Origin: Podarcis bocagei
Lineage: Eukaryota
Reading direction: 5' to 3' (one strand)
Length of the DNA: 64,000 bases
Assembly: GCA_964188305.1 (NCBI GenBank)
Contig: OZ076895.1
The translations under genes were made by a program, and so were the position numbers. The notes beneath the pieces were generated by a model, which searched no databases, was not told the origin of the DNA, and saw only the letters and a list, made by a program, of their open reading frames with translations. Of this stretch, positions 49,450-61,434 are shown in pieces; position 1 is the first letter of the stretch, and every line of letters starts with the position of its first letter.

Positions 49450-51784
49450 TGGTATCTTTGTTACCTTATACTGAGTCAGACCATACAAGCCCAGTATTGT
49501 AGTCCCTGGAAATATTGGTGGTTCAACCTGGGGTCTTCCTCAATCAAGGCAGATGCTATAATTCTGAGTAGCGGTTCATTGTGGACTTGATGCTGCACAT
49601 TATGCAAGTTCTTCTTTGAACATGCGTGGATTAAGTTACTGCTTATCATATAATCTATTTACTTATTTAGTTTACATTTACATCCCACCTTTCTCTGGCC
49701 CAAGAGAAAGGCATTAAAAAAACCTGTGGGAAACTGCAGTCAAACATAACTATGCATAAGTGCTAGTTAGTGCATGAAGGGTTTTAACCACAGAACTCTG
49801 TTCCTAGACTCAGCTAGGTCACATCCTCTCTTCTTCGTGAGGAAATGAATCTTCTTCTCTTCCTGTTCCTCACACTCTCTTTCTTCTTGCCATGAAATCC
49901 ACTAGGCCGGTTGTGTCTGAACAGGATCCAAGTTCAGACTGCATGTTTGAAACTATGTGCTGCATTTTGTACCCTGTGATCTTCTTGCTGCTGCATGGAT
50001 TAGCGCATTAACCAGACATTTGGATTTAGTAAGTAAATATTTTAAACTTACTTAAAAGTGTGTGGTCTGTTCATTGCCAGAGGAGTAGAGAGAAAGGGGC
50101 AAGAGCTGTAAGGAGACCGGATGTACAGAAGGGTTTGTTTTATTACATGCTATGCTGCCAGTTAACTCTGAGAGTGTTTTTAACTCTCTCCCACTGGAGG
50201 CCCCGTGTTTTGAATCTAAGCGCCCAGCCAATACCTCTGTTAATTATGTTGTGGAGGTGGGGGGATGATTAACAAAACCAATCCTCCTGGCAAACTGGGA
50301 ATATCCCCTCACTCACCCAAGTTTAGAATATTCCACCAATCTTCAGCAGAGTTTCTTTTTCTTTGAGAAAAATAAGTAACTCACGTAAATGTAAACAAGC
50401 TTTAATAATAAACTGAGAGAAAACTGTAAAAAAATAACATAATGAGAGAAACTAAATACAAAAACATGAGGCAAGTCTCAGGCAAGAGGCAAGAAGAGGC
50501 AGTTGGTCCCTCTTAACTGACATTCTTAACTGAACACACACTGAAGGGAGGGGCTGATTCTGGAGCATAACCCACAAGCCCCGCCCACCAGATACCAAGC
50601 ATTCTACTATTCATATTAGGCCTCAGTATTAATTACTCATGTGTAGGTACGACAGTGCTAGTTCAAGCACCATGATCTTGTGGGGCCACTGTAGAGGTGG
50701 CACCTGCTGTCCTCTGAATCAGACTCCACCTTGATTCTGCCTATCAGCCTAAACTCCTCTTGCCATGCCCTGGCACTTCCACATTTCTTCATTTTCTTCT
50801 GCTGCTGCTTTATTTTATTTGTGGTCCTCCAAATTCTGGGTTTTTTTGTGTTGTTGTTTTTTGCGTTGTTGTTTTTTGCTATGAAGCAAAGTTCAAAGCT
50901 GGGTAATCCTTCAATGAAACTATCTGGCAGATTTCTTAACACTGAGAACAAAATTAAAGTCAACTGTACTTAAATGTGGACTTGGGGACTACTTCATTTC
51001 AGTGAAGGCAGCTGAAATGTAAAGGTCCAAAACTGACTCCATAAAGAGGAGTCGGCACGTCCTACAGCCAAGATGACATGGCACAGGCTTTGAGTTTGGC
51101 CATTTTCTGATTCTTCTTTTAAGGCAACGTGTGAGTCATAGAAAGTCAAACCAAATTATGCTTGAATAGCTGAATCAAGAGGTAAAATAACAATATTCAA
51201 TTAACTTGGATTTACCCCAAGTTGGCTTGGTATGATGCCTTACAGAGAACTTGTGAATCATTAACATTTGAGTGGTGATGGTTTATGGTGCCTGGAACAT
51301 TTCTGGAACTGTATAAATGTTAAATAATAGGAACAGCACTGCTTGCAGCAGAGGCTGTACTACTGGCTGACCAAAACAACCTGTACGCATTAAAATATGT
51401 GAAGGGGTGTGTGTGTAGATATGCGCATGTGCATATCTGGGTGAATTAATAGGGAGTGTGCCTCATAGTCTGGATCAGCTGGGACCAAATCTCTATTCTC
51501 TAAGTATACGGTTATAAGATTTATCTGCGTTCCCATTACCAAAACACTCATTACAATAAGCCCCACTCACTTCAGTGGGTCCTACAGTGGGAGACAACAA
51601 TGAGGTGGCAGAAAGAATTTACAAGGCTGTCCCAGGCATGTCTACTCAGAAGTAAGCTCCACTATGTTCAGTGGAAACTTACTCTTAGGGGATAGGATTG
51701 TAGACTAAAACCAATTAAGGAGTTCACTTGAGGGATAGTTCTCTAAAGAAAAGGCTGCCAGGCCACTGAAATTATATCTCATTA

Positions 51785-52139
51785 CAGTGGTGCCTCGCAA
51801 GACGAAATTAATTCGTTCCGCGAGTTTTTTCGTCTTGCGGTTTTTTTCGTCTTGCGAAGCACGGTGTCGGAAAAGTTTTGGAAAAGCTTCAAAAATCACC
51901 AAAGTCTTCAAAAACCTCAAAAAAGGCTACCACACCGTGTGCTATGAGTTGCTCCTCGAAGTCAAGTCGCAACTGTATTAACGGTTTTAAGAAAAAGGAA
52001 ACAAACTTGCAAGACGTTTCCGTCTTGCGAAGCAAGCCCATAGGGAAAATCGTCTTGCGAAGCAACTCAAAAAACTAAAAACCCTTTCGTTTTGCGAGTT
52101 TTCCGTCTTGCAAGGCATTCGTCTTGCGAGGTACCACTG
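51785..52139. mobile_element. pogo/Tigger-like MITE, family B (inverted relative to 40806-41159)
   Basis: TA|CAGTGGTGCCTCGCAAGACG ... CGTCTTGCGAGGTACCACTG|TA. Confidence 0.93.
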
Positions 52140-53489
52140 TACAGGATAAAAAGTATTCTAGCGCAAATTACAGTGAAGCCTGCAAAATAAATATTAAAAC
52201 ACACTTTTATTGCTCTGTGAAAATGGGTTGTTTGCAGTACTATTTTCTATACTCTACCTTTACTTAGCAGCAATTTGGATATGGTGAAGGAAGTATGTAT
52301 CAGACTGCAAATATGTAATAACTGGGAGCTATTAAATTGCCATTTTGTTCTGAGGTAGCTGACCAGAGTTTGGCCTCTTTGGGGCATCAGTTGCAATCTT
52401 TTTTCTGCATCATCACAAAAGCTGAACAAAATAATTTCCAAGCCGTTTTCAATTGCATTTTATGTTTCTTCCCATTGCCATGACATTTATTTTTTCACAC
52501 ATGAGATTGTTTGGCTTGTACAAAGGAAATGAATGCTTTTATTCATGGTTCTGTAGTTGAGACCTATGAGACATAGCTCTGCCAAACAAGTTGATATGCA
52601 TGGTGTTGGTGCGACATCACACTTTGTACCATTGTGCTGGTGTTGCAGCACACTGGCTGGGATGCTGTGCTCCTGCGTTATCAGCAGCTATAGTTGCTGG
52701 ATGTTACCTGGGACTAAAGAGCCGAAGGAAGGCACATGGTACTTTCTGTCACCAGCCAGGTGTGCTAGGGTCATCAGGAGGTTGCACAAACATAACAGCA
52801 AGGGTGAGGCTAACCTGGCATCCTTCAGCCAGAGAAGGAGCTGGAGGGTCTTTGCTTTGCCCCTCTGTGCAAGAAAGAACATTCTGCCCAAACTTCCTGA
52901 TGCCCAACGACTGTGTTGCACCACTTTCCCTCAGCTATGTGGTTCTCTGGCTCCAGTATCTGACCTACCTCAATTTTCCTGCACCACCTCCTGTCTCTCA
53001 CTAAGCCCTGAGCTGGGTTTCTGCTAGGTATTCCCAACTCTCTTTATTTTCACTGCCATCACAGATACCAAGTATCTGAATGACCCCACCTCTAGGGTAG
53101 CCAGTCAAGAGGCCTGTGCGTATGCTGAAACAGTTTAATTGATAACAGAAGTAATAAAAGCTTTGATGGTAATTCAGCGCACAGAAGCGTAAGGTTTCAG
53201 TTGTACACTTTCTTGGATTTTACCTTGGTTCATATAAAGACTCCTATCTAGTCTACCCTTCCAGATATACCTAAGTTAAATCCTCCCTCACCATTTGTGC
53301 CCAAACCATGACTAGCAACAATACTGACCCCATTCTATCTCACTAACCCTGCCATAACAAACCAAACACCCTCTCCCACATCCAATCACCGTTCACTTCC
53401 AACTTTCCAAGTACTGTTTCTCCTCTTTCCAAAGGAACACTAATCCCACTTCACCTAATATACTTACCTACACATCTAGCAGATACATA

Positions 53490-53750
53490 CCGTATTGGCC
53501 CAAATATAAGCCACACCCGAATATAAGCCGCACCTTTAAAATTCAAGGGGGGAAAAAAGACAAAAAGACAATACCCGAATATAAGCCTCTCCCTTAAAAT
53601 TCCACAGGCACTCACACCCATTTTACTGTATATCTGTTTCAGCAGTGATATTGTAAAAGCCAATTTTTGTAAGGTTGCAAATTTAAGCCGCACTTTAACT
53701 TTTCATGGTCGGAAATTGGAAAAAAGTGAGACATATTCAGGCCAATAAGG
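53490..53750. mobile_element. Tc2/pogo-type MITE
   Basis: TA|CCGTATTGGCC ... GGCCAATAAGG|TA; repeated AATATAAGCC. Confidence 0.82.
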
Positions 53751-54091
53751 TACTATCCCATATCTGTGTACCTTGATTACTCTAATATTTACAGAATATC
53801 ATTTACACATACCTCAGAACATTGCAGACTGCAAAATTAAAAGGATGTATGCTCCAGGCCCTGTCACTAACCAAGACACCCAGGGCCACTGGAATGCTCA
53901 CCTCCATGCCTCCCGGAAAGATAATATAGTAGGGAGACCAGTTGGGCCCCATTCATCACCCACCTTATGGGAAAAGGGGATACAAGCAAAAGGAAATAAT
54001 GAACCCCCTCCTGCACTAAAATCATATGTAACATAAGATCCAGCAAGAAATGGCAATTGCAATGCTTTCCATGCAAGTAGGCACTTCCTTA

Positions 54092-54358
54092 CGGCTGCAA
54101 TACGTCCAGAATTTCCTAGAGATAGCTAGGATTTGGTCGTCAGAAGCAGTGTCTGGTCAAAAAACGCTGGAGTGTCCTGGAAGTATAGATTTTGGCAATT
54201 TCCCCCCTAAAAAAATTGCTCAAAAACTTCTTTTTGTGATTTTGCAAAAAAAAAAAAAAAAAAATAAAGAGAGAGAGAGAGAGAGAGAAAAGAAAAAAGA
54301 AAAAAAGTTCAACAACTTTTGTGCTTGGACTTTGACTTTTTGAAATATGGCAACCCTA
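54092..54358. mobile_element. hAT-like MITE with (T)AGGGTTGCCA-type end
   Basis: Right end ATATGGCAACCCTA; left end degenerate; internal A/GA tract. Confidence 0.5.
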
Positions 54359-55406
54359 CTTAAACTAAGAAATTCACATATGGACATGCCAAATGAAAAA
54401 CTAAAGGAATGAAGAGTTGACACCATTGTTTCCCTTCCCCTTTCCTTTCCCCCTTTGCTTTGTGTCTATTAGATTGTGAATTTGTAGGCAGGGAGTAACT
54501 CATCTTTAAATATATGCAGAGCACTTAGAAAATGTTAGGTGCCTTGTATTTTGAGGGATGGCGGTGATGACAATGAAGCAGTGTAGTGATGGCATGTGCT
54601 ATCATGTTGCAGAGAAGGGTGTGAAGACATTTGGCCAGGATTGGGACAAGGGCAGGATTGGAGAGGACTTGTTTACATATCCCTGTGGAGGCAGCCTTGT
54701 CAGTGTAACCGCATGTATCTACAGTAGCATAGCAGGTTGTACAGCCTTTGCAACATAAAAACTCCTGTACCTTTCAGATGTCAGGTGGGAAGAATCGTAG
54801 CAGGTGTACCTTTTCAGACTTCTGTTGTGCTGTGAAATGACAAAGCTGCACCTGCTGAGATTCTCTCTCCTACACAACGGTGAAGGTACAGAGGCTCCTG
54901 TCTTGAAAGGCTGGCCATCCCTGTAGTATAATAAGTTGTTATAATGGGAGTGTAGCTACTGCAGCATGATGGATTTGTCCCATTTGCCTTGTACAGGATG
55001 CTACACTAGCTATGTCAGCATGTGCCGCTGTCTCTGCAATTGCAGCTCTCTGTATCAGTTGGGCTGGAGTACGAAAGTAGATGGCTGAGACCACAGCTCC
55101 TTAGCCAAGTCAGGTCTGATACCTGCATTACTGGAACAGGGTAGTTCCTGTTTTACTGTGGCTCCATTTAATAAACCATAGCTTGGTGTTACTTGCAAAC
55201 AAAACCTAAGTTGCTTCTGCTGATTTCTACATCCTGTTTTGGTGGATACCAGCTTTTTTTGCTTTTAATTGTGACCAGTGGATAGATATCCGACATGTGA
55301 ATAGGCCAAATCTCGAGCACACATGCCTGGCTTTTGGGAACCTTTCTTTTCATACTGCAGGCTGACCCTTGTGCGCATAAGTAATAATAATAATAATGGC
55401 TTAGTG

Positions 55407-57317
55407 CAGGTGTGGAGAACCTTTGCCCCTCCAGATTTTGCTGAACTATAACTGCCATCATCCTTGGCTATTGGCCATGCTTGCAGGAGCTGATTCGACT
55501 TGTAGTTCAGAAACATCTGGCACACCAGGACTTCCGGGTTGGCGCCATTGCTGAATGGCGGACTCCCTCCGAGCTCCGGAGGGAGTCTGCTCGGCAGGGG
55601 CTGGGTCCTACCGCGCCGGCGACGCGGGGACCCTCAAAAACCACGGGCACGGAGCCCGTGGACATGGTGACTCGGCTGGCACCGATAGCGCCCTCCCGAC
55701 TCGTGAAGGAGCCTTTTTAAAGGCTTCCGATCGGGTGCCGGGGAGTGGCGTGGTGCTGTGAGTCCTCCGCTTCCCCTGCCGAGCGCAGCCGCATGCCATT
55801 CGACGGAGAGCGCTGGCTTCTTCCATTGGAAATTCGGACTTTTAACAACAACCCGTGAGTAATTGGGAAACCGGGTACAAAAGGAGAAAAAAAGAATTTT
55901 TTTTTCGGATTCGGCACGAGCGGGGGCGATCTAAAAAGGAAGTCAGTCCCCCCCTGATTGTAAACATGCTAAAACAAGGACTGGGTAACCAAGATCGATC
56001 CAGAAGTTTACTGCTGACAAAAATTATAAATTCCACGATGGGAAACTACAAGAATTGTGCTGGAGGAGAAGGGTGGAGGGTGAGAGGGAAAAGGCAACCC
56101 CCCCGGGAACCGGGGCGATTCGTAGAACCTGGCGAAGAGAGACGGAGAATTTGACAGCTGTCAAAGTAGCTGTCAAATCTTGAGAATATAAAGGAGACTT
56201 TGTTATAAGCATTTTGCTGGTTAATTCTGTTACAATTTGATATAATATGGATACAAACTGTCGGGGAAAAAAAGAAACAACTATTTGACTTTTGGATTAG
56301 AGGATACAAAGTTATTGCAATCCCCCTAGAGGGGTGTCGGGACATTACAAGTGGTCGTATGTGGAAAATTACTCTGGGATGTGTACAGGTCTTATCCTCT
56401 GGGAAAGCTGCAAAACTGAAACAGTATTTTGTCTACAGAGGTGTTTACATTAAAAGGAGACAATAGAATTTTCTATTGAAGAAAGGAAGGGACTGGACGC
56501 AAGTTTTTGTTCCTGAATAACAAACCTCTGTAGAGATACCAGATCTCGGAATAAGAACGTTTTAGCAGCTGAACAAGACAAGAAACCTGAGAAAGTAAGG
56601 AATAAAAAGAACAAAGGACCAAGTATGACACTGAAAGAACAATGGGAGGAGCAACAAAGACCAAGGAAACTAAAGGCCTCTATTAGACTGGATTTTTGAA
56701 GTTAAACATCATTAAAACAAACAAATTAAAAGAAAACTGGCAAGGTGGAATGGGAAAAATTTGGCTATGGACTTGAGACCTCCAGGCTAACAACATACAC
56801 ACTGATAGACATGGGGAATTCAAACCGGGGAAGGGAGGGGGAATCTTGGAATCCAAAGGCTATGTAACCAACTTTTTGAATCTTCTTATATCTTTTGTCT
56901 TCTATTTCTTTATATAACTTTTGTATTTTGATTTAACATGTTTTAAAAAAAAGGGGGGAACTCGTGGAAGGAAATTGGGGCAGATCTTGGGGGAAAAATC
57001 TTTTTACTTTTTCTGTTAAAGATGAGGAGTGATGGTAAGATTGTATAAATTTTGGTTAATGGGTTAAGCATATTGGTTTTAAATTGGGAATGAGAGCTTG
57101 TGGAACCAACTTAAGGAAAGGGGAATACAGTCGGGAGGGGAAGGAGGGAGTCCTAGAAAGAAGGTTATGAAAGTAAGGATTTAAACTTCTCTTTCTTTTT
57201 CTTTCTTTCTCTATCTTTTCTATCTTTCTTATTCTGTTATTATTGGAAATTTTAATAAATATGATTATATAAAAAAAACCCAGAAACATCTGGCACACCA
57301 AAGGTTTTCTATATCTG
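55407..57317. mobile_element. short hAT-type MITE split by the 1.75-kb retroposon
   Basis: CAGGTGTGGAGAACCTTTG...ACATCTGG at 55407-55527; right TIR AAGGTTTTCTATATCTG resumes at 57301. Confidence 0.7.
55528..57280 (+). mobile_element. full-length non-autonomous L1-dependent retroposon (HAL1-like / L1 deletion derivative)
   Basis: 20-bp TSD CAGAAACATCTGGCACACCA (55508-55527, 57281-57300); CpG-rich 5' end; G-rich plus pyrimidine-rich L1-like 3'UTR; AATAAA at 57254; A-tail; no ORF1/ORF2-length ORF. Confidence 0.82.
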
Positions 57318-57711
57318 AATTAACAACAACCACCACCTGGCCTTCACCCTAAGGCACTAGAGTGGGTTACAACAATTAAAACACAACCCACTCACAGAAG
57401 ACACACATCCACATAAACTTTTTGTCATAAGTAAACCTCTTTCGCAGGTAATAACGAAGGGCTCTACAATAAATCAAGGGCCACACACAATTAACAAGAT
57501 ATCTGAAAGACAGAATGTCAACAGGTGAAGCTTTCCCCATACCAGTAATAGCATTTCCATATACAGTACTAGAAGAGGCTTAGCCTTTGATTTTCTGCCT
57601 GTCACGCAGCTGTTAAAAACACGAAAGCCCTGCTCTCCCTTCATGCCAACTCTAAAACATGCTGTGAAGCCCTGGACCTCAATCCTAGCCCCAGCTGCAT
57701 CACTGAAAACA

Positions 57712-57743
57712 GATACATACATACATACATACATACATACATA
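57712..57743. repeat. (ATAC)n microsatellite
   Basis: Direct reading. Confidence 0.95.
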
Positions 57744-58976
57744 CTGTACATACATACACAAATGTGAAAGGCCATCTTAAGGAATAAATCTGATCTGTAA
57801 TCACAATGAATCACACACAGAAGTCCACACACAGAAGTCTTTGTTGAATTTGATTTGGTTGCATCATGGTGCATCCATGGTAATCTTGAGACAAATTAGG
57901 TAGAGAGGTCATGATGCCCTAGGCTACCCAGCAAGCTGGCATTGCTGATTTCAAGTTTTTTATTTTATTTTCTTTTAAAATGAGCTAGAATTTAATCCAT
58001 GATTCTTCAAGCCCAACAGTTTTTTTTATTAAAAAAAGCCAAATAACCTTTGAAACATGATTCTAACGAACATGCATCCATATGTGGATTTTTAAAGAGG
58101 CATATATTTTCATTTATTTGAATGGCCTTGAGAGAATTAAACCAAGAGTACATTTTATATGAGTTTTCATTTATATGAGGCTTCACAAGGGACACAAAGT
58201 ATATTTGGATAGCTTGAGCTTTTAAATAACTGTGGTTTGGGGAAATGTTTCTACCAAATTCTATATACCATGACTGAGGAGGATCGTTTACGCCATCTGT
58301 GCTATCTGATTATGTGTTTGAATACTGCGTGTGCTGTTTGTCTTACTGTGCTGGCAATAGGTGCGAAGGAAGTATTAGCTACACCACTGATAAGACATGA
58401 GAGGAATTAGCTCTGTGTTGATTGTGTAACTACTGCTCCTAAGCATGCCAATATTTTTCTTCCACAGAAGGATACAACTTGGCTTACTTATTTAAATCAC
58501 CTGAAGCCACCTGCCCTGTAGATTCCAGGTTCATTCTTCTTTGCCTGTGGCGCAGTAATCTGGATTTACTGCTAGCAAAATGTCTGTCATGATAGGTGTG
58601 AGTGGGTGGGTGTTCACGGAGGGTCTGTATATTTCAGGAACACAAAGGTGCAATGAGTCAATGCTCAACAATGTGTATATTGTACCTCAACACCTATGAA
58701 ATCCCTATCACTGAAGTCTGCACCATGTGACAAGGGCGAGGGGATAATTTTGTTTCCAATGCAGATGTTTCGAATCTGTTCCCATAGGAAAGTATAGCAG
58801 CCTCAAAGGAACCTTTATTATGTGGAGGGAAGCAGCCCGCTGCCTGTGGTGATCCCCAAATCTGCTGGTGGTGGGAAAGGTTGGGGCTAGAAAGCAGATT
58901 TCATCCCTCTTGGCTGCACTTGTCTCCTGGAGTTCAGTGGGAACCTTTGAAGACCAAGTCAGCACCTATACACAAA

Positions 58977-59410
58977 GAATCATAGAGTTGGAAGGGACCT
59001 TGAAGGACATGTAGTCCAGCCACCTGCTCAGTGCAGGATCTTCAATGCAAAATGCAACTACAACACTCCTGACAGGTGGCAACTGAGCCTCTGCTTCAAG
59101 TACCTCAAGCCAAGGAAAACCCATCATCTCCTAGGGCAGCCAGCTCCTCCACCAAATAGCTCTTACCATTAGAAAGTTTCTCCTAATGCTTAGATGAAAT
59201 CTGCTTCCCTACCACTCTCCATTGGGACTCATCCTGCTCTATGGAGCATCTGAGAGCAAGCCTGATGCTTCATTTTTTGCATGAGAGCAATTCAGATATT
59301 TGAAGATGGCTATTGTGTCTTCTCTTAATTTTACCTTCTTCAGGCTAAACATAGGCAGGTCTTTCACTATTTCCACATAGGCCTTGTTTTCAGCCCCTTC
59401 GCTACCCTGA
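58977..59410 (-). mobile_element. older CR1 3' fragment
   Basis: GAATCATAGAGTTGGAAGGGACC...CTTCTTCAGGCTAAACA. Confidence 0.75.
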
Positions 59411-60950
59411 TGCCCACCTATCTCTTGATCTTCATAACTTTGCCTCAGTTCTATTTCTTGGTCATGAAATCATGGGGTGCAACCCAGGAATTGGCTTTAT
59501 GCAAAAGAATATTTATGTATCTCTTTCTGCTTCTTAGCTCGGGTCAGGCATCCGGTGGGCATCATGCCTTCCCAGAAATTTGAACCTGGGCTTTCCTCAT
59601 CTAAATTTAACACCCCAGCACTGCACCAACATTATTGTGTAGGTTAATCTGTGGAGAGAGCTGCCTTGAATCAGGAGTGTGTATCCAAGAACAATTTGCC
59701 CATTTCTAGTCCTTTGATTAAATGGGATGAGGGCTTCCTGCTTTCATAGATCCTTTCACTGATGCAAGGGATGAAGCTCTTTGAATTAACCTTTGCAGAG
59801 ATTTGAACCCACAAGATACCCTCTCTGGCGTAGAGACATTTGTTTCCTAAATGAACAAGTAGAGGAATAGAGCAACAGCGTACAAATCATTTAAAAGGGA
59901 AATGAACAATCATTTATAGAAGCAAAACGGCGAAAGTAGCTTTGGGAAGCCAATTCTGCCTGGGTGAATGGGGCTGTGTAATAACCATGTCTAAGTATGA
60001 ATTGAGTTATTTGCATTAAAGAATGACTGAAGAAAATTGCATAGATGGTTCTTCTCCCCATCCCCTTTTCCTCTGTTAGAAAGGAAGGAGGTGAAATGTG
60101 TGAAAAAAAGTAAGAGCTGCCAAACATAAAGCTCTTTGGGGAGGAAAAAATATTAGACACAAAATGTCTCCAAAATGCATGAATCAACCTTGGTAATGAA
60201 CTGACTGTCCCCATGCTTGAACTCTATTAATGCCACAGATCAGAAGCACAAAGACTCTGGGGAGAAGGGGGGCATTTTGATTCTCCTTACTGGGAGACAA
60301 AGGGTGTGCTTTTTGAGAGTGAAATAAACGTTAACTTTGATTGTCCTGCATTCCGAATCATTCCCAGCCTGCAACCCTGGCCCTATTCACATGCTGCTTG
60401 GGTCTCCATTTCCCTGGTGCACTTCCTAATGGATTCCAGAGCTCAGGAATGAGTGATGGACCCTGGCTTGGCATTTCCATCACTGCTTGTTTTTGCATTC
60501 ATTATCCTTGAGAAACCAGCCCGCCTCATTACGATGTAACTGTCTTGCAGAGGGAGACTGGGAGCTAGCTGGCTCCTTAAGAGCAAAGGAAGAGGCAGGA
60601 GGGAGTCTGTTTCCCATGAGATAACATTATCTTTTTATTAAAAGAGTGAATTTAGTGCTGGTGAAAGGCTGGCAGACCCTAGAGGATGAAGTCCTTTATT
60701 TAGTCCCGTAACAGATTCAGCCCAGGCAATAGCCACGCTGCTCCTGTCTTTATAATTTAGCCAGGGGGCTCTGATGATTTGCTTCATGCTAGCTTTTCCA
60801 TCACAGAGATTAATCTCCATGTAAGAAAAAAGTGTTTACTTTGTAATGTATAAACTGGAGTGTGAACTGGCTTTCTTTTGTTCTTTGCTGTGTTTTATGT
60901 TCAGAAAAGTCACATAGGCAGCTTCCCTGACCAAAAGGACACTGACACTT

Positions 60951-61147
60951 TGTTATGTACTAAGCTTGGATCCTAGAACAATAGGCAAGTAGGATTCTAG
61001 AATGCAACAACTGATTGGCTTGCAGGAAAAGACCAGTCAGGCTCCAGGAGGGAAGGAGAACCAGCCAATCAGACGGGACTCATTGCGTAAATAATGTATA
61101 TAAAAGCCTGAGGTTTGGGGAGCAATTCAATCACTGTTTTACAAGCC
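60951..61147 (+). mobile_element. 3'-truncated short LTR (U3 with CCAAT and TATA)
   Basis: TGTTATGTAC start, CTGATTGG/AGCCAATCA boxes, TATATAAAA. Confidence 0.55.
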
Positions 61148-61168
61148 ACTTGTTCTCCTGTTCACACA

Positions 61169-61434
61169 TAAAGGTAAAGGTAAAGGTAAAGGGACCCCTG
61201 ACCATTAGGTCCTGTCGCGGACGACTCTGGGGTTGCGGCACTCATCTCGCTTTATTGGCGGAGGGAGCTGATGTACAGCTTCCGGGTCATGTGGCCAGCA
61301 TGACTAAGCTGCTTCTGGTGAACCAGAGCAGCACATGGAAATGCTGTTTACCTTCCCGCTGGAGCGGTACCTATTTATCTACTTGCACTTTGTGCTTTTG
61401 AACTGCTAGGTTGGCAGGAGCAGGGACTGAGCAA
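61169..61434 (-). mobile_element. 5'-truncated Sauria SINE
   Basis: Homologous to about 35900-36180; (ACCTTT)n tail; possible TSD ACATAA. Confidence 0.9.
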
